Shown: positions 1 to 10,220 of the stretch, in pieces
Numbering within the stretch: position 1 is the first letter of the stretch
Layout of the letters: the number at the start of each line of letters is the position of its first letter
Source of the DNA: Obrimoposthia wandeli
Lineage: Eukaryota
DNA: 64,000 nt
Assembly: GCA_977020255.1 (NCBI GenBank)
Contig: CDROCS010000453.1
Coordinates: 1 to 64,000 of the forward strand
Reading direction: 5' to 3'
Made by a program: the position numbers and the translations under genes
The notes under the pieces: model-generated
Databases searched by the model: none
The model's input: only the letters and a program-made list of their open reading frames with translations
What the model was told of the DNA's origin: nothing

Positions 1-3
1 CTA

Positions 4-1234
4 CAGTACAAGTCTGAGTTACCCCCAAAATTGTAAGTTGTTTTGCTTTATTCAACAACAAAAAATTAATAAAAAAACTAAAATTCTAAACATTTACTTT
101 ATTCAATTAAAAAAGTTTTAAAAAAATCTTCATTACCTCGGCCAAAATAATCACCAGAGGAACTCATTAAGAAATTCATTCCCTTTAATTCCCCAAGACA
201 CTTTTTTCCTTAATAGCTAGTTTTAATTGTTAGACCAAAACTCTCAACACCACTTTCCAGATTCACGAAATGGTATTTGTGACACAGTTCGATGTTCGAA
301 CCCAGTAATACTTCCAAGGGTTTTATAACTAGCAAATTCATAAGTATGGATGATACTACCATGTCTTACAGCCTTGGAAATAATGGGAATGATTGTGGTT
401 TTGGTTTTGTTCGGTAACAAACAACAAAAACCTTTGGCTGGGGTCGTAGGTGTATCAACAATATGCAACACCCATGTTTGGCTTCTTGGAGCTCTTCCTC
501 CACAGGCTTTAACTGTATGGTTAACCATCACTTCATCAATCTGGCAATACAGCCTGGCCCATCGAGCATGATTGGACTTTTCATGAAATGTGTATCTATT
601 TGTTTATTAAAAACATTCCTTAATTTTCAGAATTGAATGTCTTGCCATTCCAACATAGTTTCAATTTCAATAAATTTTAGTTTGTTACAAAGGTGTCCTA
701 AAACTACTATAATGTTCTTCAAGGTTTTTGAACATAAAAAAAAACGAATTAGTTTTATACTCCTGGTTGTTGAAATTTCATACATCTAGGGATTAAGAAA
801 CCTCCCAATTGCATCAATGCAATTATCTTTGGCGTGTTTCAATATCATAAGAACTTCACAATACTTACAGGACATATTCACTTTTTATTAAACCTAGTGT
901 CATTGCAAACTGAACGATTTCTCGTTTTGTGACCTTTCTACCTTGGATAAAAATTCATGTAAAACATTTTTTTAAAATAATTTTTAAATCGAATATATAT
1001 AAATCAAATACAAACCAACTCCTGTTTAAACCTCCGGATTTATCCAGCCGTAAAACTAACTAACTAACTAACTAAATATTCATTTTCTTTTTAATATTTA
1101 TATTTTATAAAAAAGTGTATTTTTTCTGTTGTTTAGTTTATTTCTTTATTTGCAAAAATACCATCGAGTTATACCCCAATAAAAGATACAAGTCTGAGTT
1201 ACCCCCAAGTGGGGGAGTAACTCGAACTTGGTCC
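4..1234 (-). mobile_element. Merlin (IS1016/IS1595-like) DNA transposon relic with degenerate DDE transposase
   Basis: Minus-strand translation across frameshifts (~130-570) reads LDGPGC..QIDE..VNHTVK..GRAPRSQTWV...LPNKTKTTIIPIISKAVRHGSIIHT(Y)EFASYKTL...EHRTV and later RGIK...NEFLW. This follows the Merlin pattern (GGxGxxVEIDES, WVFG, NRTxxTLxxII, GSxIHTD). Motif TACAAGTCTGAGTTACCCCCAA occurs at 7-28 and 1187-1208, with a degenerate inverted copy at 1211-1234. Confidence 0.8.
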
Positions 1235-1974
1235 AAAATGTCAGCCAGGTCCTATGCCCTTGGCCTCAATACCTCCAATTTTAACGTGATAACCAAATGG
1301 CAATTACAGTTTTTAAGTATTCTAAAATAAAAAGTAAATACTCGATTAAATTTGTGGTGAAAAATCCTGTTGTTAGTACAATTTACCGAACAAAACTACA
1401 GGAATGTAATCAAATTGTTAATTTAATTTTGTTAGAAAATAGTAACCACTTCATATTGTGATATTCCTAATTTAAATAGTTAACGACTTCAATTGAACAA
1501 AATCACATAGTTTCAAATTTTCTAGTAGCAATAACTCAGTTGTTTTTCTGTTTCGCCTAGGCTTCATGATTATCAGTGCGCAATCATACATACATAGAAA
1601 GATTAATCCCATATTGCCTGATGTTCTGGGTTAGGTCTTCTAACAGTTAATCCGATTTTAATATTTCATAAGTCATTGAAATAAAAAGTAGGAGAGGGAA
1701 AACTAAACTTACTTTAAATGCAAAATTCCATGTTTAGTTCTTCTCCATTGAAATGAATTAAATTTCATTGTTGACAAATTATCCTAAATTTTATAGAATA
1801 AATAATCCGTCTATTCACTGGGAGATAAATAACGGGGTTCATCCTTTCAATGAATAGTATTCTATTCTTTCGAAACCATCCTGACCATAAAATATATAAA
1901 TTATGTATTTTTTTTCTCTAAACTACTGTTAATAAACGGTAGATGAAGAAGTAATTTTTATTCAGGTAACAAAC

Positions 1975-2069
1975 AATAATCAATTTCCGTTAGGTTTTCA
2001 GGCAATAATATGTAGTTGTAATAATCAATTTCCGTTAGGTTTTCAGGCAATAATATGTAGTGTAATAAT
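1975..2069. repeat. Tandem duplication, 45-bp unit x2
   Basis: AATAATCAATTTCCGTTAGGTTTTCAGGCAATAATATGTAGT(T)GT repeated head to tail, with one indel. Confidence 0.95.
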
Positions 2070-2154
2070 TCTTCGTTATCTAAATATTATGGTTTTTAAT
2101 CAAATTAAAATAGTGTGATCCAATTCACAAAATCAGTCCTTTAAATTGAATTTC

Positions 2155-2864
2155 TGTAGACAGATTCAACTATCCTGATCTGTTCAGAGATACAGCGAAG
2201 GGGAAAATCGAATGGCACAGTGCGGTAGACAGTTGAGGAAAAACGATTTCAGCAGTCAGACAGAGAAATCAACATGATTTGATAATAATAACTTTCTGTT
2301 TCTGGCTTTTTATTATTATTTGTAGTTTTGTCGTATATATATTCATTTAGTAGTGTGCAGCTTAAATATCTATCTGCTGCACATACTGGATAGATCTGGG
2401 CAGAGAGGAGAAGAACCGGATATTTCGGCTCTGCACACACTCACATGTGCAACCGGGGAAAATCCACCGCCCGTCGAACTCTGGCCAGGCGGTAAAAGTT
2501 TAATTTAAACACACACCCACCTGTGCACAATGGATAAGTAAGTGAGTGAGTAGGGAGAGTGAGTGAACAAGGGATTGAGTGAGCGATTGAGTGAGAAAAG
2601 GAGAGTGAGGAGTGAGTTGAGTGATGTCTGCTGTGTGAGTGTGTGTGTTGAAATGTGTACTTGCGCACACCAACAACATATGTCGACGATATTCGTCGGC
2701 ACATGAAAGGGGAATCTTTTCCCTGCTTTTTATTATTGTTGCCCTGGCTTCGCGGAATCCACCGCGAAGTTAGAGATAACAAGCCATCTCCCTGATGAGT
2801 ACCGGCAGGGCGAAACGGGCTTTTTCCCGTCGGAGATTGAATAGACAAAATGCCAAAGTGCACA
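2155..2864 (-). repeat. Putative 3' LTR (~710 bp)
   Basis: A GC-richer block bounded by TGT...ACA, lying downstream (on the minus strand) of the element's last ORF and a purine-rich tract (~2925-2975). It contains AATAAA-like signals on the minus strand, a CACT/GAGT microsatellite-like tract and several hairpins. It is unpaired, so LTR status is an inference. Confidence 0.5.
2786..2837 (+). ncRNA. Hammerhead ribozyme, type I topology
   Basis: ATCTCC [stem I] CTGATGA [core, 2792-2798] GTACC-GGCA-GG-GC [stem II] GAAA CGGG-CTTTTT-CCCG [stem III] TC [cleavage after C2831] GGAGAT [stem I']. All conserved core nucleotides are present. Confidence 0.88.
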
Positions 2865-3156
2865 TTTTAAAATCGGAACTTTTCCCTAATTAAGGAAAGT
2901 TCCCAATTAATTTTCAATTAATTAATTCCTTTTTACCTTTTCTTTTTTTAAAAATTTTTTCTTTTTCTTTTTATTTTTTAAACAAATAGCTAATATATTT
3001 TTCCAACAATCCTCCGGGTCATAAAAGTCTCTGTCCTCAGAATCATAATTTTTATCTTAATTATTAGTTAAACTATTTTGTCTTGTTTCTATTGTTACCT
3101 AGTGTTGTTTGTATGTTATAACTGATCAATGTTTTATTAATCACAATCATGTCTGG

Positions 3157-4197
3157 TTAAATATCGTTAAAATTTAGACAAGAATGAAAACAGAAATAAA
3201 ATAATAACAATACTACATAATCCAACAAAATCGGGGAGTTTTGTGTACCGGACTCCGAGTTTCCGGTCTTATGCGAGAACGATGAACTGGGGTTGTTCTC
3301 GCTAGATGGTGGATTCATCACCTCGGTCAAATCAAACTCTCTATTCAACATTTCCTCCTTCATTATGAAAATTTTTCGGGTGTGATTTGCATCTTCCATG
3401 CTAGTGTGGACTCCTTTTTGTGTTTCTATATTTAAGGTATTTCCGCACCATGTTGGCGAGTCCAATATTTGGGTGATTGTGATTTAGTTCTGATTTTATG
3501 CTTTTGGATATTCCTAAATCAACAATGTTGAATAGCATCCATTTCTGTAGGCGTAAAGCTTTTAAATCGTTTGTTAGTCCCACACCTACGATGATGTTAC
3601 CATACACAATGTTTTTTACTTCCTCAATTACTTCATCAGCATCTCTACATCCTTGTAACTTTCTATCTGACAGTCCAGTTATTCTAGTAACGTAATTTCT
3701 TACTCTGTTTCTAGATTACGCACAGTGTATCTATAATTACGTTACCTATGTAATATTATAATAGAAACACTTGCTAAAACTGGCTGTTTATCTACTGATA
3801 TCACCATTTCGCAATCGAGGAATAAAATTGCTGGTTTCTGTGCGTTTTTTTTCAAAAAGACTATTTGTTGAGGTTCTTCTGCTTTTCTTATTTTTTCTAT
3901 AAATAATAGATTTGGTCTCTTCCTATTTTTATGCTATATTGATTTTCTAATTGAGCTGCTTGTAAGGTGTAGGTGTGATTTCCTATCATCAGAAAGTTTA
4001 ATGTCTTATCTGATTTGGTTTTTAAATGCTACTCCTAGTGCCACGTGAATATCTATTTTTTCACAATTAATGTTGGGGAATATTCATACTGAGAGCCATA
4101 TGGGTTGGTCTTTTTCATTGGAAAAAATAAGTGCGCTAGTTCTTTCTTCTGTGGTAATTTTTAACTTATTAGGAAGAAATGTTTGATTTGAAAACAT
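3157..4197 (-). pseudogene. DEDDh 3'-5' exonuclease (REXO4/ISG20/REX family) with a ~120-aa N-terminal extension, frameshifted
   Basis: ExoI ILFLDCEMV (D 3814-3816, E 3808-3810). The middle reads VRNYVTRITGLSDRKLQGCRDADEVIEEVKNIVYGNIIVGVGLTNDLKAL (ExoII D ~3566-3568). ExoIII HTSMEDANHTRKIF lies at ~3370-3408. This parallels the REXO4 pattern ALDCEMV / DYRTxVSGI / GHxLxNDLKVL / HxSxQDA. ATG at 4197. Confidence 0.85.
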
Positions 4198-4556
4198 TTT
4201 CTTCCTCCGTTGTTTCTAAAGTATGCAATGCTAAACTGACGCATCTTTTGATACAGAGAATTTTGCTAATAACCACCTTTCTGGCATATTTTCCGTTTTT
4301 CCTCTTTCTATTTTTGCTGTGCTTTTTGTTTGATCTGACCGAGTGAGCTGGTCTGGAGTCGTATCAGGTGATTGCGATTATCCATTCTGCTTTAATCAAT
4401 TTTAAAGTAGTTGAATAAAATAATATAATTATTTCACAGTCTTAAAGTTATAAAAATATCAGTCTTATCCATGCAGTATGTGGGATTTGTCATGAAAATA
4501 AACTTATTAACAAAAGTTAGACAATTTGTACAAAAAGAAGGATGTATGATTATAGT

Positions 4557-4952
4557 TTAACCAGAATTTTGTTCACCAATGTTCATATCCGAGTCATATC
4601 CATCATCAAGTGTTGTATTAGTTGGGATAGTAGGATTAATGGTCAAATAAAAGTGTATCATGTCGCTATAGGTCATCATTTGTCTTCTTAATGAGGCTAT
4701 AGTTGATCGTTGACTTAAAGTTTGTTGTATTAAATAGTCTATTCTGCCAAAACTATGTGTCAATCTCCCTTCTAGTTCGTCAATTGTTAAATCATTATTC
4801 AATTTTTCTTCCACACTTTGTTTTATTAACTGTTTCAGTGATTCATTTTGAGTTGTGATCTTTATATAGTAGTCGTCATGCTGTCTGGAAACATCTCGAA
4901 TCTTTTTCTCTAATTTTTTGCATTTTTTACAAGCTTTTGCCAATCTGTTCAT
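4557..4952 (-). CDS. 131-aa coiled-coil accessory ORF of the retroelement, unknown function
   Basis: Uninterrupted ATG-to-stop ORF with heptad-like Leu/Ile spacing (LEKKIRDVSRQHDDYYIKITTQNESLKQLIKQSVEEKL...IDELEGRL). It shares the strand and composition of the flanking element ORFs. Confidence 0.6.
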   Translation of the reverse strand: MNRLAKACKKCKKLEKKIRDVSRQHDDYYIKITTQNESLKQLIKQSVEEKLNNDLTIDELEGRLTHSFGRIDYLIQQTLSQRSTIASLRRQMMTYSDMIHFYLTINPTIPTNTTLDDGYDSDMNIGEQNSG

Positions 4953-5304
4953 TTTTATATCTAAAAATAACCATTATTAAATTTCAGGATGCGTTTCCTG
5001 GTGATTTTATTTTAATATTATTTCATTAAATCGTCTTTAAAAATATATATATATCAAATTTTTATTCTATTTCCTAATTAATTTAGATTTACATAATAGT
5101 ACTAACATTTTTTGTTACTTAAACGGTTTTATTTAAAAAAGATTTGATTATTGTGTTATATTTCTTTTTCTATTTTCTATTACAGTATTTATGGATAATT
5201 CTGAAGAATTCTCATCCTTGGGAATAATATAAATAGTAAAAGGGCCTAGGACCCACAAAAGTGTTTTCGTTGTTTTGTTTCTATCATTTTTGTATGTTTC
5301 AAAA

Positions 5305-6420
5305 TTAACATTTTCCATGATATTTAAATGTATAGTGATTTATAAATGTAATCATTTCGATTACTATAACTATTATTATAAGTTCTTTTTTATTTTCATT
5401 CCTTGAATGTTCTTGTTTACTATAGTGCATTTTTAAACTTTCATTAAATGATTTATAGGATATTATTTCTGTTGTTTTTAATTTTAATTTAATTCTTATT
5501 TTTTCCGTAATTTCAACTTGATTTGTAACTCTGTAAATTTTTGATGTAAATGTTGTGGTATGTAGCAATTGTTTTGTGGTTATATCTTTAACATATTTCT
5601 TAATTTTTACTGCTGACCAACGACCACAAAAAATTGTAGGTTGATATAGTTTGGATATCTTATTTCCTAAAATTGTTAATTTTGTTAGATTTTTATAACT
5701 TTCAAACTTTTGACTCCATTGTCAGTACATTATTGGTTTATTAGTGATTACGCATTCTCTATTGTCTATTATTATTTTCTCTGGATATCTAATATTATCT
5801 ATTGTTAAATTTGTTTTATTTTGTGTATTTTCTAATTGTTTTCTGAGTCTTTCCAAAAATTAGCATTGTGTCCTCTATATCTAATTCTAATGAGGGCTTT
5901 ATCTAAGTCATCTATTTTTAGTTGAAATTCCCATTTTATCATTATTTTATGTTTTGATATATATTTTGCTGTTGTTTTTTAATATTGATGCTAGGTATAT
6001 GTGAGTTTCTATAATTCTTTCATAGGTGTTATATTTTTTAATTTCGACTTAATTCTTATTTTATATTGTGTTTCTGTTCTTAAAAATGGTATTGTATATT
6101 TTTGTGATTTTATTCCTGAAATAATTATATTTTATTTTCTATCTGTTTGTGTGATTTGCACATTTCCTGTTTTGTTTGTAAGAAGAGAAATATTTAACTT
6201 TATTGATGTGATTTTAGGTATTATTGTTATTAATCCAAAATTTTTTATGAGATGAGTTGTTGAGTCGTATTTATTTGTTTGTTGCTGTATGATTGATTGA
6301 TTTTCATTTATGTTTGTTGCGTTTGTTTTCAGTAGGTTATATTTTATTATAAAATATATTATCAATAACATCATTATTTTACCAATTTCTTTTATTGATA
6401 TTTTATTGTATTTCTGGTTT
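5305..6420 (-). pseudogene. Second membrane-protein ORF downstream of integrase: signal-like segment, FN3-like ectodomain, C-terminal TM
   Basis: KISIKEIGKIMMLLIIYFIIKYNLLKTNA (basic then hydrophobic). The ectodomain includes SQKYTIPFLRTETQYKIRIKS and IKWEFQLKIDDLDKALIRIRYRGHNANFWK (FN3-like strand patterns) and several N-glycosylation sequons. TM segment ELIIIVIVIEMITFI at ~5335-5385. Several frameshifts and stops. Confidence 0.5.
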
Positions 6421-8660
6421 GATGACTCAAAATAGTTTTATTTTGTTTTTGTGAGTTTTTTATTGTCAACATTTGTAGTACTGTTGTATCTTTAGTTGGT
6501 CTTATGTTATATTTGTGACTTTTTACTGTATTCTCCTCAGGTATTTCTCGACATCTGTTTATATGTGCTCTTATTTCTTTTGATTTTGGTTCATTATCTA
6601 GTTTAGCTGTTATGTTGGTTCCGTTGGTACTAATGACTGTATATGTTCCTTTGTATGACTTTGATAATTTGTGAGACAATCCTACATTAATTTGTGGATT
6701 GTGAATCATCACTTTACTTCCGCTTTTTATATTTGATGGCTTAGTTCTTCTATCCTAATATTCTTTGTAATTTTCTTGTATGTTTTTTACAAATAGTTTA
6801 GCTTTTTCGAATGCTAGTTTTATTCTTTCTCTAATTTCTATTTTATATTCAGGTATTTCTAAATATTGTGTAGTAGGTTGTAGTAATGTTAGGTCAATAG
6901 GCATTTGAGGATCTCTGAGGAACATAAGATAAAAAGGTGTTTCTCCTGTGGATGCATGTACTGATGTTCTATATGCAAAAAGGCATGGAGGTATGTGTAA
7001 ATCCCAATCTGTTTGATTGTTGTTTGTGTATGATGCCATCATATCTTCGAGGGTTCTATTAAATCTTTCTACTAACCCGTCAGTTTGAGAGGTTATATGG
7101 TGTTGTATTGATCTTTTTATGTGAAAAATTTCAGCTATTGACGCTAATACATTATTTATAAATTCAGGACCTTTGTCGGTTAATAATTTTCGGGGTGCAC
7201 CGAAAGTAAAAATAATTTTTTCGACTAAAACCTTCGCGATGGTTTCAGCCTTATGATCATGTGTTGGAAAAGCCTCTGGCCATCTTGTAAAATAATCAGA
7301 AAATACTATTATATATCGATTTCCTCGGGGTGTTTCAGGTAATGGTCCCATTACATCCATGGCAACAGTTTCCATGGGGGCCGATGGATAAGGCATTGGC
7401 TTTAAAGGTACTTTTGTGGTACGTAAAGTATTTTTCCGTTTAAGACATATTTCACATGTTTTACACCAATTTTTCACATCTTCCTTCATGTCAATCCAAT
7501 AGTATTTTAAATTTAATCGTGAATGTGTCTTTTTTGATGATAAATGTCCTCCTAGGGCTCCATTATGATATTGAAGAAGTAATTGACACTGAATTTCTTT
7601 AGGAATAACTAGTGAATATAGATATTTGTCATTTAAATAATATAATATTTCATTACTATACTTGTATCGTGATTCGTGAATTTTTAAATGTTTTCTTAAT
7701 TTTTCATCTGTTGGTACTTCGTTTGTGCTAATGTATTTAGTTATTTGCTGAATTTCATTATCTTTGCTTTGAAGTTTAGTAATTACTTTTTCATCATATT
7801 TAGCTTGAATTATTGTAAAAAGATTTAATTCGATGTCGTTTGCAGTTATTTCGTTTATTTCTTCTCTTATTCGTGATAGACAATCTGCATTAGCGTTAGA
7901 TTTTCCTTTTCTATATTTTATTTCAATATCATATTTTTGTAAAATCAATGCCCATCTCATTAATCTAGATGTTGTATCCTTATGATTTAAAAGCCATTGT
8001 AATGGTCTTTGATCTGTGTAAACATAAACCTTTCGACCTAATAAGTAATGTTTAAAATGTTCCATTGCGAAACAAATAGCTAGGCATTCTCTTTCTATCG
8101 TTGAGTAATTCTTTTCATGTTTTTTAAGACCTCTGCTCGCATATGCTATCACATGATCTTTTTCGTTATTTTCCTGTTGTCCTAAAACTGCTCCTAACGC
8201 ATAACCACTGTCGTCAGTCATAACTAAAAATGAGTTATTAAAATTAGGATATCTAAGTATAGGTTTTTCGATTAATTTTTGTTTTAAATATTCATAAGAT
8301 TCTTGTTGTTCTTTTTCCCATTCAAATTTTTCATCTTTTTTAATAAGTTTATTTAATGGTATTGCTATTTGTGCGAAATTTCTAATAAATCTTCGATAAT
8401 ATCCTGCAAGCCCTAAAAATTCCTGTATATTTTTTACTGTTTTTGGGATTGGAAAATTTTTAATCTTTTCTACATTACTCTCGTCTGGTTGTATTCCTTT
8501 TGCTGATACAGCATGTCCTAAGTAATTTACTTTATCTTTTATCCATTCACATTTCTTTGGTTTTAGTTTTAATCCTGCTACCTGTAATCTTAAGAATACG
8601 TTTTCTAAATCTTTTAAATGTTCTTCAAAATTTTTTGAAAAAATAAGAATGTCGTCGATA
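6392..8660 (-). pseudogene. pol: Pol, 3' part: RT C-terminal half, RNase H, integrase with GPY/F module
   Basis: IDDILIFSKNFEEHL...KLKPKKC...YLGH...FLGLAGYYRRFI (RT). FLVMTDDSGYALGAVL, YSTIERECLAI and YTDQRPL (RH). HHCC zinc finger, VAMDVMGP, LLTDKGPEF and DGLVERFNRTL (IN). After a premature TAG at ~6755, KLSKSYKGTYTV (GPY/F). Confidence 0.95.
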
Positions 8661-8662
8661 TA

Positions 8663-10218
8663 TAATATACGTCAAAATTAATGCACATTTTGTTAAAAAA
8701 AATAAAAATATGATTTTATAATTATAAGTATATTTTAATTTCAAATTTTATCAAGAAATTTTATTATATGTAACTTATTAAAGTTATTAAATAATTATTA
8801 GTAGTTATATAATAATATTTCATTTAATAATTTTAGGTTATTTGTTTCACTATAATCTGAATGACGTCATAAAAAACGCACAATTCAAATTATTAGGTAT
8901 TATTGCATATCTTTATAATTAATCATATTTATTATAGGTCAAATTGAAATTAACCATGTCGAAACAATTGACAAAAGAAGAAACTAATGCTATAATTAAT
9001 TTGGTAAACGAGGGGCGCACGTTTACACATATCGGTTTAATCTTTGGTAGGAGCCATACTACCATTTCAAGATTGGTTCAAAGATTAAATAATCCAAATT
9101 ATATGGATGAAAAGAAGAGAGTCGAAAACAGAAGCTTACAAGGTTTCAAAAGCATGGTAAAGCGAATTACGAATCACGAGCCATTCCTGAGTGCGAATGA
9201 TGTAAGAAGAGCTAATCTGACCGATATCATATCAATTCGATCAATGCAGCGTTACCTCAACAGAATGAAACTTTTTGGGCGCATAGCTAAAAGGATTAAT
9301 CTCCAAACTAAAGCATCGCGAAAGAAACGAATAGACTTTTGTAAAAGTGTCAACAATTGGAATTTAGATACTTGGAAAAATATAAATTTCTGATGAAGGT
9401 ACGATTCGAATTAGAATCTAAAAGAATAATGTATGTTAGGAGACCCATTGGGCTAAGAAATCGTTTAAAATATTGCATAAAATTTCGTTATCAGGAGAAA
9501 AGGCATTATGTTCTGGGGTTGTATTTGTTCTGACGGCAGGAGAATAATTGTACTACTGGATCTGGATTAATAGCATTTCTTAAATTTATTAAATGAACAT
9601 TATTTATATGATTTTGGTAATAATATAATGCTTCAAGATATCAGTCATACATCTCTATACGAGGCAATTCTTTAATAACCACAATATAAGAATAGTTGAA
9701 AATTACCCTCAAGATCTCCAGACATTAATGTGATTGAATGTTTGGAGCATTGTAAAACTCAGTTAGAAAGAGATATCCAAGAAATTTAATTCACTTGAAA
9801 GCAATTGTAAATGAAGAATTCCATAATGTTTCTCTAAATGTAATTGATAAATTATATAAAAGTCTACCATTGAGAATTGCTACAATTTTATCAAATAAAG
9901 GTGAATAAGTATTAATATATATTGATTTTCATTGTTGTATTATGTAAATTTTGTAATATATGTAATTGCATAATTCATTTTTGTTATTTATAAAGTTTTG
10001 TGCGTTTTTTATGACGTCATTCAGATTATAGTGAAACAAATAACCTAAAATTATTAAATGAAATATTATTATATAACTACTAATAATTATTTAATAACTT
10101 TATTAAGTTACATATAATAAAATTTCTTGATAAAATTTGAAAATAAAATATACTTATAATTATAAAATCATATTTTTATTTTTTTTAACAAAATGTGCAT
10201 TAATTTTGGCGTATACTA
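8663..10218 (+). mobile_element. Tc1-family DNA transposon with ~220-bp TIRs and TA target duplication, inserted in the RT
   Basis: Near-perfect inverted repeats at 8663-8882 and 9999-10218, with TA at 8661-8662 and 10219-10220. The frameshifted transposase (8944-~9910) has an HTH region, then F(S)DEG, MFWGCI and SPDINVIE. Removing the element restores GTA ATG GTA TAT ATC GAC GAC (VMVYIDD). Confidence 0.95.
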
Positions 10219-10220
10219 TA

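Noticed and set aside
2441-2863. 140-aa and 65-aa minus-strand ORFs
   Set aside because: The His/Ser/Thr-rich translation comes from the CACT microsatellite-like tract in the LTR-like block. No domain.
9389-9420. Second CTGATGA, possible hammerhead
   Set aside because: No GAAA or stems. It is the (S)DE codons of the Tc1 transposase.
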